A stretch of 64,000 nt of DNA from Callorhinchus milii (lineage: Eukaryota): contig NW_024704743.1 of NCBI RefSeq assembly GCF_018977255.1, positions 26,910,001 through 26,974,000 on the forward strand, given 5' to 3'. The stretch's first letter is position 1. Each line of letters starts with the position of its first letter. A program made the translations under genes and the position numbers. A model generated the notes under the pieces. It searched no databases, had not been told where the DNA came from, and saw only the letters and a list, made by a program, of their open reading frames with translations. Below are positions 13,389 to 26,576 of the stretch, in pieces.

Positions 13389-16300
13389 ATATACAGGTTT
13401 AGTATGTCTGTTCATTTATAAGTCAGTTTTTCCTCCTGATTAAACTCCTGTGACATCTTGCATCCCTGTTATTCTAGGATTTTAGTGCTGCAGTGGTTCA
13501 AAAAGGATTGTAAATGTGAAGAAAACACCTGTTTATAGAGCTTCCTTACCACTTCTGCAGTCTTGTTTTCAGTGAGTGTGAGTGTCAGGAGAAATTGACA
13601 CAACTTTCAGCACTTATTGCACATCATGGCACTTTGGTTCATGGCAATGTTCCTGCAATCACTTAATTACTGTTGTGAGTCTGACAGCTTCAGTTGATAA
13701 AATATAACTTGAGCTGCTATGTTACTTAAGCTGAATATAAGAGGTGTTTTGATTTCCTTTGAAATCTGGAATATGCAAAAAGTGCACAAAGAGTCACATA
13801 TATACCATGCAGCATATATGTGTTTACCCATACAGTGTTATTCCAAATTTAGAGCTAGCTGACACCACTAAGTCACTTACACAAAATTGGTAAACAAAGC
13901 AAAGGTTGCCAACATTGTAGACAAATAGAGAATGATGGAGTGAAATTTGTGATGTTATGTAACACATTTATTAATGTTATAGTTATCTTTCTAAATGCAC
14001 TGTGAGACTCCACAACTTTCACCCCAATGTCATATACTGTAATTTGAATGTAATGGAATTGATCTTCGCATGCCAAATTAATCAGATTACAGCTTCAAAA
14101 TCATTAAAATCATCCATAGAAAAGGGAAGGTTTGAGTGCTTTTCTCAAGGCCGTTCAGAATCAATGCACAAAATGTACGTATTAATCAATGTAACAAAGG
14201 TCAAGAAGGATTAATTTAACCAATTATTTAAGTAAATGATGGAGTCTTTATACACAGGTTGCAGAGGTTAAGTAATTGAAATGTACCAACATTGTTGAAA
14301 TGTTTGTTTTTGGTCATAATGCTTCCCATATGTTTGGAAATGTAGCTGTCATAATCAGTGTGTGGCTGTTCTCCCTTTGTTCAATTTCTGCCTCAAAACA
14401 CTTCCATTTCTTTTGACATGTTAGATCAGAAGCGGAAAGGGTGTAGATAGTTGGCTGCAATTGCATTATTCTATTTGTATTTAACTACACAAAATAACAA
14501 TGTGAATATTGAGGTAGTTGTGTGGGATTCTGTTTGGGATATAAAATGATAAGAATGTACAGCTCAGAAGAAGGTCATTCAGCCCACATGTTTGTGCTGG
14601 CTGGTTCTTTGAAAGAAACATCATTTCAGCTCCGTGTATCTGCCTTTTCCTCATACACCTACAATTCATTAACTTTTTAGATGTCTATCTATTTCCCTTA
14701 CGAACGGGATCCTACCTCAACCACTGCAATTGGCAGGGCATTTGCATCCTAACAACTGTGTAAAAAAAACTCTTAATTTCCCCCTTTGTTTCTTTGCCAA
14801 TTATATTAAATTGATGCTCTCGAGTCACTGATTCACAAACCAGTGGAACTAATTTACTTAATATGCAGTTAAAGCAGTAATTCATTTAAATCAATGAAAT
14901 ATATAATAATAATCTGATTGTTTACCTTTACCATTTACTATTTTGTTTTGTACTTTGTGAGTTTTGTAATTTGTTCTGATATTGATTAACATTTAAAATG
15001 CTCGAAACAGACTTTTAAGATAGATCATGTGGGTCAGGTTTTGCCATGGGGCTAAACCCCGCTCCCCATAATGTTGCCCACACCACTCTCCCCCCACCCC
15101 CCATATCTCTACACTGGTCGGACAAGTGATTCATCATCACACCTGCTTCTGGCCACTGATGGGGTAACAGGAGGAGCGGGGAAGTTGGGGGTTAAGCATG
15201 GGGAGCAGAAAGTATCTTTCCCCATGCCACAATCCCAAGTCATGAAGACCTCATTTCGCCCACAAAATATGCAGTTCATTTTTGATAGTATATTCTGTGA
15301 AGCAATCTTTGAGACATCTTGATAAGGTGTTGTATCAAATGCAAGGATTATTATTATTATTATTGCATCTGCGCGCCAGCCTGGCTCACACACCATGCCC
15401 AGCTGTTAGCAAGTGCTGGGGACACTTACAGTCAGAGGCAAAACCAGTAGGTGCATCCCTATACTATATCTCAGGCCATTGGGTGCTGCTGTAACCCCAA
15501 CACCCTAAGTTCCCACACCTATGCAAGAATATATGCAATTTAGCAGTCCATTCAATACACAGTGCATCAAATGGAGACAGATAATAATAATAATCTTTGC
15601 ATCTTATCATGTCGTTGAGAAGTCCAAAGCATTTCACAGGGCTTATTGCAAAGTGATATGACAGTGTATATCTGGTGAGCAAATGTGACAGCTAATTTGC
15701 ACAAAATAGCTCCCACAAACAGCCTTGGAGTGAGTGACCAATTTAATTTGGAGACCGTTGGCCTTGCAGTCTTGTGGACCCCAGCCATCCTATTCTTAGT
15801 GCCATGAATCTGATTCCCCAATGAACTCTGGTAATTTAGAGGAATGCTTGCTTTATATTTAGTAAAAACTGAAAAAAAAACAGGAATTCTATTAACAGAC
15901 AGTCAAAAGCCATAAAAGCAGTGAATTGGAATTCCATTGCTAAAGAACCAGTTTTACAAACATTGCTCAGGAGAGAGGTCTGTAACAGGTATACTGGGCA
16001 CATTTAATATGCTAAATATTCAAAGGAGTCCTAAATTGACCCTTTGGGGTCTAATTTGTAACATTGGGAAACCTAGTTTATTTTGTGAATTGCCATTTCA
16101 TGTTTTTGATTTCATGTTTTCAAAATGCACCTCCAGCTATGTGTGCATTCCAAGTACAAAAGGAAGACTGAAGAGCAAGCATTTCTATCTTTCCCTTGAA
16201 CATTTTCTTTGTTAACCTCTTTTCTTGCTTTCCCCCACACTTACCTACCCCTACCCTTCTGCAATTTTAAAGGTCCACCTCCTTTCTGAAAATGTGTTTG

Positions 16301-17962
16301 GCAACGTTTTTACATCACAGAGGGAAAAGAACAGAATGGCTTTTCTTTCTACATTGATTCTATACTGAAGTCATGTAAAGATGCAATTTGATCAGATTAA
16401 CAACTGTAACAAATGAAACAGATAAAATAAAGTATAAGGTATAAGGAATCCAAAGTACTCCCTTGAACTCCCCCCAACTGCCACCTTATCGATTGTATTC
16501 CTTCTTTTCCAAAGTTATTGTCTTTTACTGAGGTTTAGTTTCCAGGATATTCAAAACGTGCTTCACAGAAGGCCTGTCCAACTGCTGAATTATTTCTTCA
16601 TGTAAGGCTCAGTGTAAGCCTAAGTCTTATGTAAGTGTAGTTTTACTGGGTTAACAGCAATACCGAAGCATGCAGTTGCGGCGTGCATCATGAATGTGCG
16701 GAGATAGTCAGACGGGATTGGGTTTGTTGTATGTTAGCAACTAAACTCTCTGTATTTGGCATTGCTATTTCTGGCACTGTATTTGAACGTTGACCTAACC
16801 TAGTTCTGTTCTGTAACCTCTTATGGATAGAGAGGTACAAATTAACCACCGAACGTCATGCATAAATTCATTCTGGACAGTACTGGAATACAAACATTTC
16901 TCTCCTGCCCGAGTCTGTCAGGTATCAGAGTCCCACTACTTCAGTTGGTCAAATATTAGAAACTACTAGAATTGTGGCTAACAGTGGAAGCTAGTCATGC
17001 AGTCTAATACCAATAGCTGGTTAAAGAGAAACTAAGTTCTGAAACTATTCAGCAACAAATATTCCCGGTAATAAAATGTAACTGTGATAAGAATAAACTT
17101 GTTTGGAAAGTGAATTGGGTGTCTGTTTGTAATTTATTCACCAGAAATTTGTCCACAAAATACACAGTCAATCCACTTTACAATATATTCTGTGAAGTGC
17201 TCTGAGATGTCTCAATGATGTGATAAGGTGCTGTATCAAATACAAGGATTATTATTATTATTTATTATTATTAAGTTTATTCAGGAGGGCTGGAAATGTT
17301 AACGACTGGATAAAAATCAGACTGCAATGTATTGCTGTGAAAGAAATTAATTGTATTTACACAACATGACACTGATGGCTCCTTCAGATAACATAGTAAT
17401 TCCCAGAATAGTAAAGGGTTCCACTCCCATAATGTCTAACTGGTCTGTCACACTCGCTGGATAATTCTACTTAGAAATGCCCAATTTCCCAATACACACA
17501 AACTTCTTCCAATTTGTCATGTATCTGCTGTATCACAGCCCTCTCTTTTGATCAGGTTTTATTTTTCAGATGAATGGTGTAGGGAAATAGTAAATCAGTG
17601 CTGGAGATGGTGCTGTTTGTCAGGGGTTGCCTTAGTTACAGATTGCTTCATTTACCCTAAGTCCCTGTGGCAATCGCATTGCAGTAGTTCTGATTCTGAG
17701 GTTATGAGCTCCTGGGGATGCAGCACAGAGGCTTCCTCAGGCCAATTGCAAACAGTATGGAGAATTTATAGTGAACAGGGAGGAAGGGCTGCAGCCTACA
17801 CTGACCTGTCGCTATGTACCATTAAGGTGGAATCAGCTTCATGGCGGGTATGTCTATTTCCAAATCTCCTCACATGGGGACCTAGATTAGGCAGCTGTTG
17901 CGTGCAGTGTGACATTGGATTTGGACCTCAAAACTATTGTGGCATGTTGCAAGCTGTACCTT

Positions 17963-18149
17963 TGTCTCAAGACCTTTCTCTTTAACCGTGCCTTCAGCTC
18001 CCCTCTCGACTCTCTACCCCCTCCTCGCTCCCTCCCTTCCCTCCCCTCACCATTTCCCCCCTGCTCGGGTCCCGACCCAACTGTCCAGTGCCCTGGGACG
18101 TCCTCCCGACGTGAAAGGCGCTCTATAAATGCAATCTTGTTGTTGTTGT
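17963..18149 (+). mobile_element. Young L2 LINE 3' end (about 190 bp)
   Basis: Near-identical to 13198-13388; ends in (TTG)n. Confidence 0.9.
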
Positions 18150-21029
18150 AAATGTCCTCCCACCATACTGAAACCAAATGTTCATCAAATAGCTGGTGAG
18201 GCAACTCTGAAGCTTGGGGTGATAGCTGCTAGAAGGCATTACCTGGAGTGTGAGTTCATGAACACACGTTCATACACCCAACGCCTGGAATCCACCTTGA
18301 TTGGCTTGAGGTGGTCAGCAGCTTTTACTTAAGCTCTGGACCTCTAACTGGTGGAACCATCACTCAGTGGGAAGAGATGTATGTCTGAGCTGTGGGAAGA
18401 TATACATCACAATGCTCTCATGCATTTCCTGCTGAGCTGTATTGGCTACCAAGAAACTTGCAGGTAATTCCTTGTGTCTGTCATCCACAAAATGACGGTT
18501 CAAACTTGCCCTTGTTGGCTGTCGAATGACCAACCAGTAACAATCTTCTTCGGATGGGGTGGAGGGGAGATGGGGGAGGGCACGGGGGAGGTAAGTGGAG
18601 TCTCCTTGGAGCTGAACTGGTTCCAACCTCACTTGCTTGGTAACAGAATATCAGAATTGAGCCGTCTGTTACAGTCTTGGTAGTCCAGCTCCTGAGTCAG
18701 GCAGGTCTGCAGTAATCCAGGACACTGCTGATGACAGCCCAGCCAGCCTAGCTCATCGGTAAGACTTGGACGAGCAGACCAGTCACTGGGGACCGGGGCT
18801 GTTCCCACTCAGCTGTTGTTAACTGCAAGCCAAAGCCCTAATGTGTATGGTGGCCAAGTGGGAAAGCTTGCCAGTCTGTCCTTCAATCGCAACCCATACC
18901 GGTTTACATGGTTGGACTTCAACAGAACCCCATCACAGCAAAGGAAAAGGTTAAAATTACAATCTCAGAATTTAGCTTGATTGGAAAAGAGAGACAAGCA
19001 AATCAATATCTCAAATAAAAAACTCCAGGAGGCTGTGGAGCCCCTCTGCAGGGTAGATGAGGGCATGTCATATCAGTCCAATCTCCCTGGGCAGTGCTAG
19101 ATTCATTCTTCTAAATCAATATTTGGACAGAATTAATCGTGGAAGCCGAAAAAAACAGGAGCCCTGGATTCAGACAAGAGGTCAATTATTCACTGATGTA
19201 TATTAATGTTTCAGGTTTGCCCACTCATCACTACTGAACCAGAAACCAGAAGCTTTAAAAGCCGTAAAAGAGAAAAGTAGTACTGAAAAAAGTTAGTAGT
19301 AATTTAACAAATACAAGCATCGATTACATGTAAAAAGAGGATGCTGATGGATCATTGGATTATAGAGAACACAGCATAGAAGGAGGCCATTCAGCAAATC
19401 AGCATATCTTTACTCATGCTATATCCTCCCTTGAGCTAGCTACTCTAATGTCAATTATCTGGAATATGTATATATACCATGTTTAGGTTTCTGTATTCCA
19501 ATAATATTCTGTATGAAAATAACTTCTGTCCTCCCCTTAACTGTTCCAATGAACATTTGAGTTATTAACATATTGTGAAATGATGGAAAAGGAGTTAATT
19601 ACAATACATTAACACAATTTACATTTATATAGCACTTTTCATGTCAGAAGGACATCTCAAATAATCATAGACAAAACAAATACACGTGATATCTATGAAA
19701 AACTGTCATGATTAAGACTAACTTTAAAATTCTGCACAACCCTTAAATTTTAGGACTACGACTGCGAAATGTCAGGGTTCCTGGAACTGCGTAGCTTTTT
19801 GTCCATTGCTCCTGAAAGAAATGGAATGCAAACGTGTAACCTTTCATCCCACATTAGAAGTTCTAAGCAGCAAAGAACTGCAAGTCTGCTCAGTGAAGTG
19901 TACATTTACTTGGAGTTGTCATACAGTGGGCAGATCCAGGTAACCAATTTGTGTGCTTCTAATTGCTGGTGAAAATGGAACTGATGCAAACAGCTTGCAC
20001 ATCCTTCTTTTCCATTATTGCTCCGTCATCTATGTGAAAAGCGAGTTCACCAATATACCAAAAATACTAATTTCAGGGGGTGGTCGGAAGGTAGAGGCGG
20101 CATACGCACATCTGCACAATGCAAGCCTTTAACAATCCAGCCCTCAAACATTTAAAGATATATAGAAGATTACTATAATTAGTGGGAAGAACCTGACAGC
20201 TGGGTCAGTGAACAAACTGCAGCTAAATAACAAATAAGCACCAAAACGTACTGGGCTCATGGTGGGTGTGAAGAATGGGTTCTATTTTTTGATTGCTTAA
20301 AATATATTAGCTGCTGAGAATGTGAAGCAACATTACCTGTAATTGGATCAACAAGCTATTTTTTAACTTACTTCATTTTATTTTTCGCTCAACTTTCTTT
20401 CCCTCAAAGCTGTGCAATATTCCTGGCCAACAGAGCACGGAGGCAGCCTCCTCCCTGGTCTCTACCCTGTTATTAATTGCTAGGTGATGACCTCTGATTT
20501 CTGCTCAACCTCCTCATACTACGGGTATTGGTATCTCACAGCACATTGATATACAACAGCATCTCTCTAAACCATTCAAATTACTGCAATCCCATTGAAG
20601 GACAATTGAATTGTCCCTGAACCCATCACTAAATCACTTTGCAGCCCTGCCTCATGGCACACATGCAGCTGCAGAGTATTATTTGTCTCCCCTGAGACTC
20701 GATATATTATTTTGTGTCACAGGGATGAAGTTTTCTGACTGTCATACACTCGTTGTACTTAATCTTATAATAAATGTGCACAGAAAGGAAAGATGAAGAA
20801 CAAAAATGGACATGTTTACTGCGATTTCTCCAAATGCAATTACCAGTCAAATCTGAAGGGAGAGTTTATGCTGCAAACCTGACAGTAGATAAACAGGAGT
20901 TTGAATCCAGATCTTAACACACTTCAAAAATACGCATTTCTCTATAATGACACCAGCTGGCAGGCAGGCAGGCAGGGGGCAATTAAAAAAGTCATATCAA
21001 CAACATCTATACATTTCAGTGAGTAATGG

Positions 21030-22470
21030 AATTAAGTATTGCCACTCCCCCCTCCTTGCACTCCTTTGCCCCATTTTTCCCCTCTCCATCTCAACTACAA
21101 TCACCCAGATGAAGTTCACCACCTGCTGCCTCGAGCCCCTCCCCACCCAGCTGCCGGTCACTCAACTCCTCTGCTCTCTCCCCTGCTGGCCGACATGGTC
21201 AATCAGTCTCTCTCTTCAGCTCTGTTCCACTCCCAATGAAAACCGTTGTTATCACACCCCTTGTCAAAAAACCCACCCTCAATCCCTCTAATCTCTGACA
21301 CTTCCAATTTCCAACCTGCACTTCCTTGCCAAAGTCCCGGAAAGCAATGTTGCAGGTCAACTTCAGTCTCACCTTTCCCTCCACTCTCTCCTCGAGCCCC
21401 TGCAGCCTAGGTTTTGCCCTGCCCACAGCACAGAGACAGCACTTGTCAAAGTCACAAACAATGTCCTCTCTATCTGTGACCAGGGCTCCCTCTGCCTCCT
21501 GGTCCTCCTCGATCTCTCTGCCGCGTTTGACACAATTGACCACGTAATCCTCCTCCACCACCTCTCCTCCCTCTTCCACCTTTGTGGCATTGCCATCACA
21601 TGGTTTGAGTCCTACTTAACCAACCACCTCTATTTCATCTCAGCAAATGGTTTCTCCTCCCGCCCCCACCCAGTCACCTGCGGGGCACCCCAGAGCTCCA
21701 TCCTAGGCCCTCTTCTTTTCCTTATCTATATGCTCCCTCTGGGTGATGTCATCCGCAGACACGTGGTAAACTTCCACATGTATGCAGATGACACACAAAT
21801 CTACTTTGCCTCCTCCAGTATCAACTCCAGGTCGCTGATCTTCTATCAAGCTTGTCTGGCTGACAACAGGGCCTTGATGAGTGCAAAGTTCCTGCAGCTG
21901 AATGCAGACAAGATGAAGATGTCAAGATGTCACCTCCAGCCTGGATTCTGCAAACACACTCCTCACACTCCTCGAAGGTCCCCCAGCTCCAATATTCAAA
22001 AGTTCCAGCTCACTCAGAATTTGCCGCTCGCACATTGACCCTGGACTAAGCTCCATATTAACATCTCACCAGTTCTGGCCAGGCTCCACTGGCTCCCCAT
22101 CACCAAATGGATCGACTTCAAGAACCTCACACTTGTGTTCAAATCCCTTCACTCTTTGGCACCTCCCTACCTCTACAACCTCCTCACTCCCCATTCCATC
22201 ACCTGGCACCTCCGCCAGACTGGCACCGGCTTTCTGCTAATCCCTGTACCCTCCACGCCCCATCAGAGGTCGCGCTCCAGCCACTCTGCCCTAAAACTCT
22301 GGAACACTGTCCCTCAATCCCTCAACCTTGCCCCGTCTCTCCCACTTTTCAAGTCTCGCCTGAAAACCTTCCTCTTCAACTGTGCTTACGGCTACCTCCC
22401 CCTCCCCCACCCCTGGCTTGGATTCAGGCTCCACCACTCTTAAGCGCTCTGAGCAGAGCTTTCCTTGTTT
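21030..22470 (+). mobile_element. Older L2 LINE ORF2 (RT) fragment
   Basis: Frameshifted RT motifs [41 protein letters not shown] and LKTFLF. Confidence 0.9.
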
Positions 22471-23982
22471 GAACTGTTGGACAAATGCACAGCTATGTGG
22501 ATGGCTTTAAAACAAATTATGTTACTTTGTATATTTGCACATCACACACTGAATATGTCATTATGGACAATGCATACACATCGATGAAAGCAATTTTGAT
22601 TGTGAGTTCAATGTTAATTTATGGCAGTATATATCTGTATATGTCCAATAATACTGATAGGAGGTTTAACTACCTCTTGTCCTATGGTGATTTACAATTC
22701 CATTTCTGGTGATTTATAATCCAGTCTTCACTGCCAGTATAAATGGATCTCAAGGAAAGACAAAAGTAGAATTAATTTAAGTAATTATATAAGACACTGA
22801 GGTCAAAATTACAAGATTGAATGTCTGAATTTACTAATGGTGATACAGAGATGTAAAAAGCGACTCCTGTCTGTGTGTCATGTCAAGTTCATGAACTTCT
22901 GGAGTGGAGTTGGTGCAATGCATTTTCAGCTATTGGCAGGAGTTGCTATGTATGACTGAATGAATGCAGACAGCAAATTCTAAATATTACACAACCATGG
23001 CATAGGAGGCCATTCGCACGACATCGGCTCAGCACTTTGAAACAGTTATACATTCAACAATGACAACCAATCATATTTGAGAGTACTTTTCATGTTGGGA
23101 GGATATCCCAAGTCACTGGACAGTTGAGGGTTTGCACCCAAGCTGGGGGATAGATTTAGGTGGGATTGGACCAAGGAGATTGTGACTGAGGTAGATGGGA
23201 TGGGTGCGGGGTGAAAGATGACTGAAAGTATGGTCAAAAAGGAAGGTTTTGAGATGGACCTTTCTAGGATTCATTTCTACTTTTCTGCCCTTTCGCTATA
23301 TCTTTTGATAATTTTCTACTTCAAATATTCTTCTAATTTCCTTTCAATAACTATATTAGATTTTCATTGAATCATAGAAATTTTCAGAGAAGAAGAACAC
23401 TTGAACTATCGATTCTGCACCGGCATTAAAATAACTTGATTCCATTTAAAAATTGAAAAGAGCTAACCAAATCAATCCCACCCCCCGCTCTCTCCTCATA
23501 GCCCTGCAAACTTGTCCTCCCCAAATAATTGTCTACTTCTCTCTTAAAAGTTGCGATAGAATCAACTTCCAGCACCCTTTCAGGAAATGCATTCCAATGC
23601 CAATTACAAACAGGATCACATTTTTAGCCCAGTTATTTGTTAACATTGGTATTTTGATCTTGGGTTCAACAACTGAGAAACCTCCAACACCAGATACAAC
23701 TATACAACTAATTGGCTATGTTCAGTAGATTCAGGTGTAAATTTAAAAATAAAATTAACCATTGATTAATCAATAGAATGCAGAGAGAATAATTCAACCA
23801 TTTCCATCCAGCTTTCCAAAATAACTCCACAAAAATTATGATGGTGAAAAATGAAACCATTTAAAGTGTTTTCTTCTCTGCAAAACACTCTCTGGTGTAA
23901 CAGATACAATCGATGCTGTTCCCCTGAACCAAATTTGCTTGCTTTACTGACCTAACTAAAAAGTAAAAATTTTACAGGCATT

Positions 23983-24193
23983 TCATAGAATCATAGAATT
24001 ATGCAACACAGAAGGAGCCCATTTGGCCCATCTATGCCGGCTCTTTGAAAAGAGCTAACCAAATCAATCCCACCCCCCGCTCTCTCCTCATAGCCCTGCA
24101 AACTTGTCCTCCCCAAATAATTGTCTACTTCTCTCTTAAAAGTTGCTATCGAATCGACTTCCAGCACCCTTTCAGGAATTGCATTCCAATGCA
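23983..24193 (-). mobile_element. CR1 LINE 3' end, with a partial second copy at 23453-23601
   Basis: (TTCTATGA)-type tail, GGGCCAAATGGGCTCCTTCTGTG motif, and translation WNAIPERVLEVDSIATFKREVDNYL. Confidence 0.85.
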
Positions 24194-24494
24194 TTTGCAA
24201 CAATTTTTAAGCCAATTTTATTGTTCCCTGGTGGTGGTCCAATGGATAGGATTTGTCAGGGAAATTTATTGTTCTGAAAGAGATCAATGGGTGTTAGTTG
24301 ATTCATCGTTCACCATGTCAACACCATGTGAGGCAGCGATAAACAAGACTAACAGGATTGTCAAATTGGCTGAGCTTAGATCCCTAGACATCATACTCAA
24401 CTACTCAGAGTTCTGGTCAGGCTGTATCTAGAGTACTGCAACTAATTCTGGATGTTGCAACAAAAGTGGGCTTCCCCTAGAAATAGTAGATGCC

Positions 24495-25520
24495 CTCCTC
24501 TTCAACACCTATACGTTCACTCTTGGTGACATCATCCGCAGACATGGGGTAACTTCCACATATATTCGGATGACACCCAACTCTACCTCTCTGCCTCCAC
24601 CCTTGATTCCAGGACCAATGCTGTCCTGACAGAATGTTTGTCGGACATCAAGTCCTGGATGAGAGCTAACTTTCTTGAGTTGAACATTAACAAGATCGAG
24701 GCTCTCCTGATTGGCTTCCGTCAGCATCTCCACACCTCAGGCGCTGACAGTATCACCATCCATGGACGCAAACTCCACCTTACTAAGCCAGTCTGGAACC
24801 TTGGTATTTTGTTTGACACTCATCTATTCTTTCTACCCCACATCCATGCCATGACCCACTCTGCCTTCCTCCACCTCCGCAACATCGTCCAGCTCCGCCA
24901 CTGTCTTACACCGCAGGCCTCTGAAACTCTCATACACACACACACACAACAAACTAACCAAATTACATTTATAGAGCGCCTTTCATGTCGAGAGGATGTC
25001 CCAAAACGCTAAAATAACTTTGAGGCTTGACTATGCAAACTCCTCGTATGTTGGCCTCCCCAACCCGTCCCTACATAGGCTGCAGATCGTCCAGAACTCT
25101 GCAGCCCGTGTCCTCTCTGGCACCAGGTTCCATAACCCTATCACCCCCATCCTTGCCCAACTCCACTGGCTTCTCATCACTCAGAGGATACAATTCAAGA
25201 TCCTTCAAAGCCCTCCATGGCCTTGCTCCCACCCTACCTCTGTGGCCTCCTAACCCCTACCAACCTACCCGCTCCCTCCACTCAGCAGGCTCTGGTCTGC
25301 TGCACGTCCCCTGCCTCGTTCGCCCCACTATTGGCAGGCGGGCCTTCTGCCACTCTACCCCACCCTCTAGAACTCCATCTCACAGTCCCCCCTCCCTTGC
25401 CTCCTTCAAGACCCATTTCAAGACCTTCCTCTTCAACTGTGTTTTCGATCACCTTGCTTCCCTCCCTGCTCTCCACCCTCCCCAATCCCAACCTCCAGCT
25501 CAGGTCCGAAACACTGACTG
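24495..25520 (+). mobile_element. L2 LINE ORF2 3' fragment with an antisense tail nested at about 24945-25010
   Basis: Motifs DDTQLY, MSDIKSWMRANFLELNINKIEALLIG, RLDYANS and LHWL. Confidence 0.9.
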
Positions 25521-25529
25521 TCCAGCACC

Positions 25530-25985
25530 ACCACCACCAACAACAAGATTACATTTGCATAGGACCTTTCACGTCGGGAGGATGTCCCAAAGCACTGGAC
25601 AGTGTACTGCATTTCAGATCCGAGCTGGGTTCAGGGTGGGGGGAGAAGGGAGGGAAGGGGAAGGGGGGGTGGCTAATGGCATGGTCGAAGAGGAGGGTCT
25701 TGAAGCAGGACTTGAAGGAGGCTATGGAGGGGGCGAGGCAGAGTGATTGGGGAATGGAATTCCAGAGGTTGAGGGCAGAGTATCTGAAGGCTCTCCCGCC
25801 AATGGTGGGGCAAGTGGGTCTGGGGACTTGGAACAGGCTGGAGCCGGCTGAGCGGAGGGAATCAGCGGGTTGGCAGGCGATTAGGGCGTCGCAGAGGTAG
25901 GGTGGGGTGAGGCCATGTAGTGCTTTGTAGGTGAGGACCAGGATCTTGAACTGGATCCTCTGAAGGATAGGGTGCCAGTGGAGTC
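25530..25985 (-). mobile_element. L2 LINE 3' end, tail-to-tail with the preceding copy
   Basis: CAACAACAAGATTACATT..CCTTTCACGTCGGGAGGATGTCCC tail; antisense ORF2 C-terminus up to CCAGTGGAG (HWL-type motif). Confidence 0.85.
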
Positions 25986-26543
25986 AATGAACCAAGACCG
26001 CGGAACAAGATTTAGAGAGGCAAAAGGCAGTTTTGAGGGCAGACACCAGGAAATTATTCTTTAACCAGAGAGTAATTATTGATTGAAACTAGTTGCCAGA
26101 ACCCTGAATTAAGTTAGAAAAAATAGCTTACTGTGACAGAAGGTTGATAGGATGGGTCTTGTGGAATGATGAGATCAGGTGGGCTGAAGAACCTTTTTCA
26201 CATAAACCAATCTTATGATCTTGTGATGTACTGATGTCTTTTCTTACTCTCCTCAAGTCACTGATCCTCCCAATGTGAAAGACGCTATACAAATGTAATT
26301 TGTTGTTGTTGTTGATTCATGCTTGTGCATACTTTCAAGGATGCCTCACACTCCGACACATTGTACAAGTAACCATTATTCACGTATGAGCCCAGATAGT
26401 GATTGACAGCAGGCTATTTGGCTGCCAGGAACGTGACAGCCAAGCTCAATGTTGTCCTCATCTGAATTCCTGGCATGGAGAGGTTCCAGCCTGGTTCATT
26501 CGATAGTCCTCCCGACGTGAAAAGCGCTATATCAAATGCGAGG

Positions 26544-26576
<33 letters not shown>

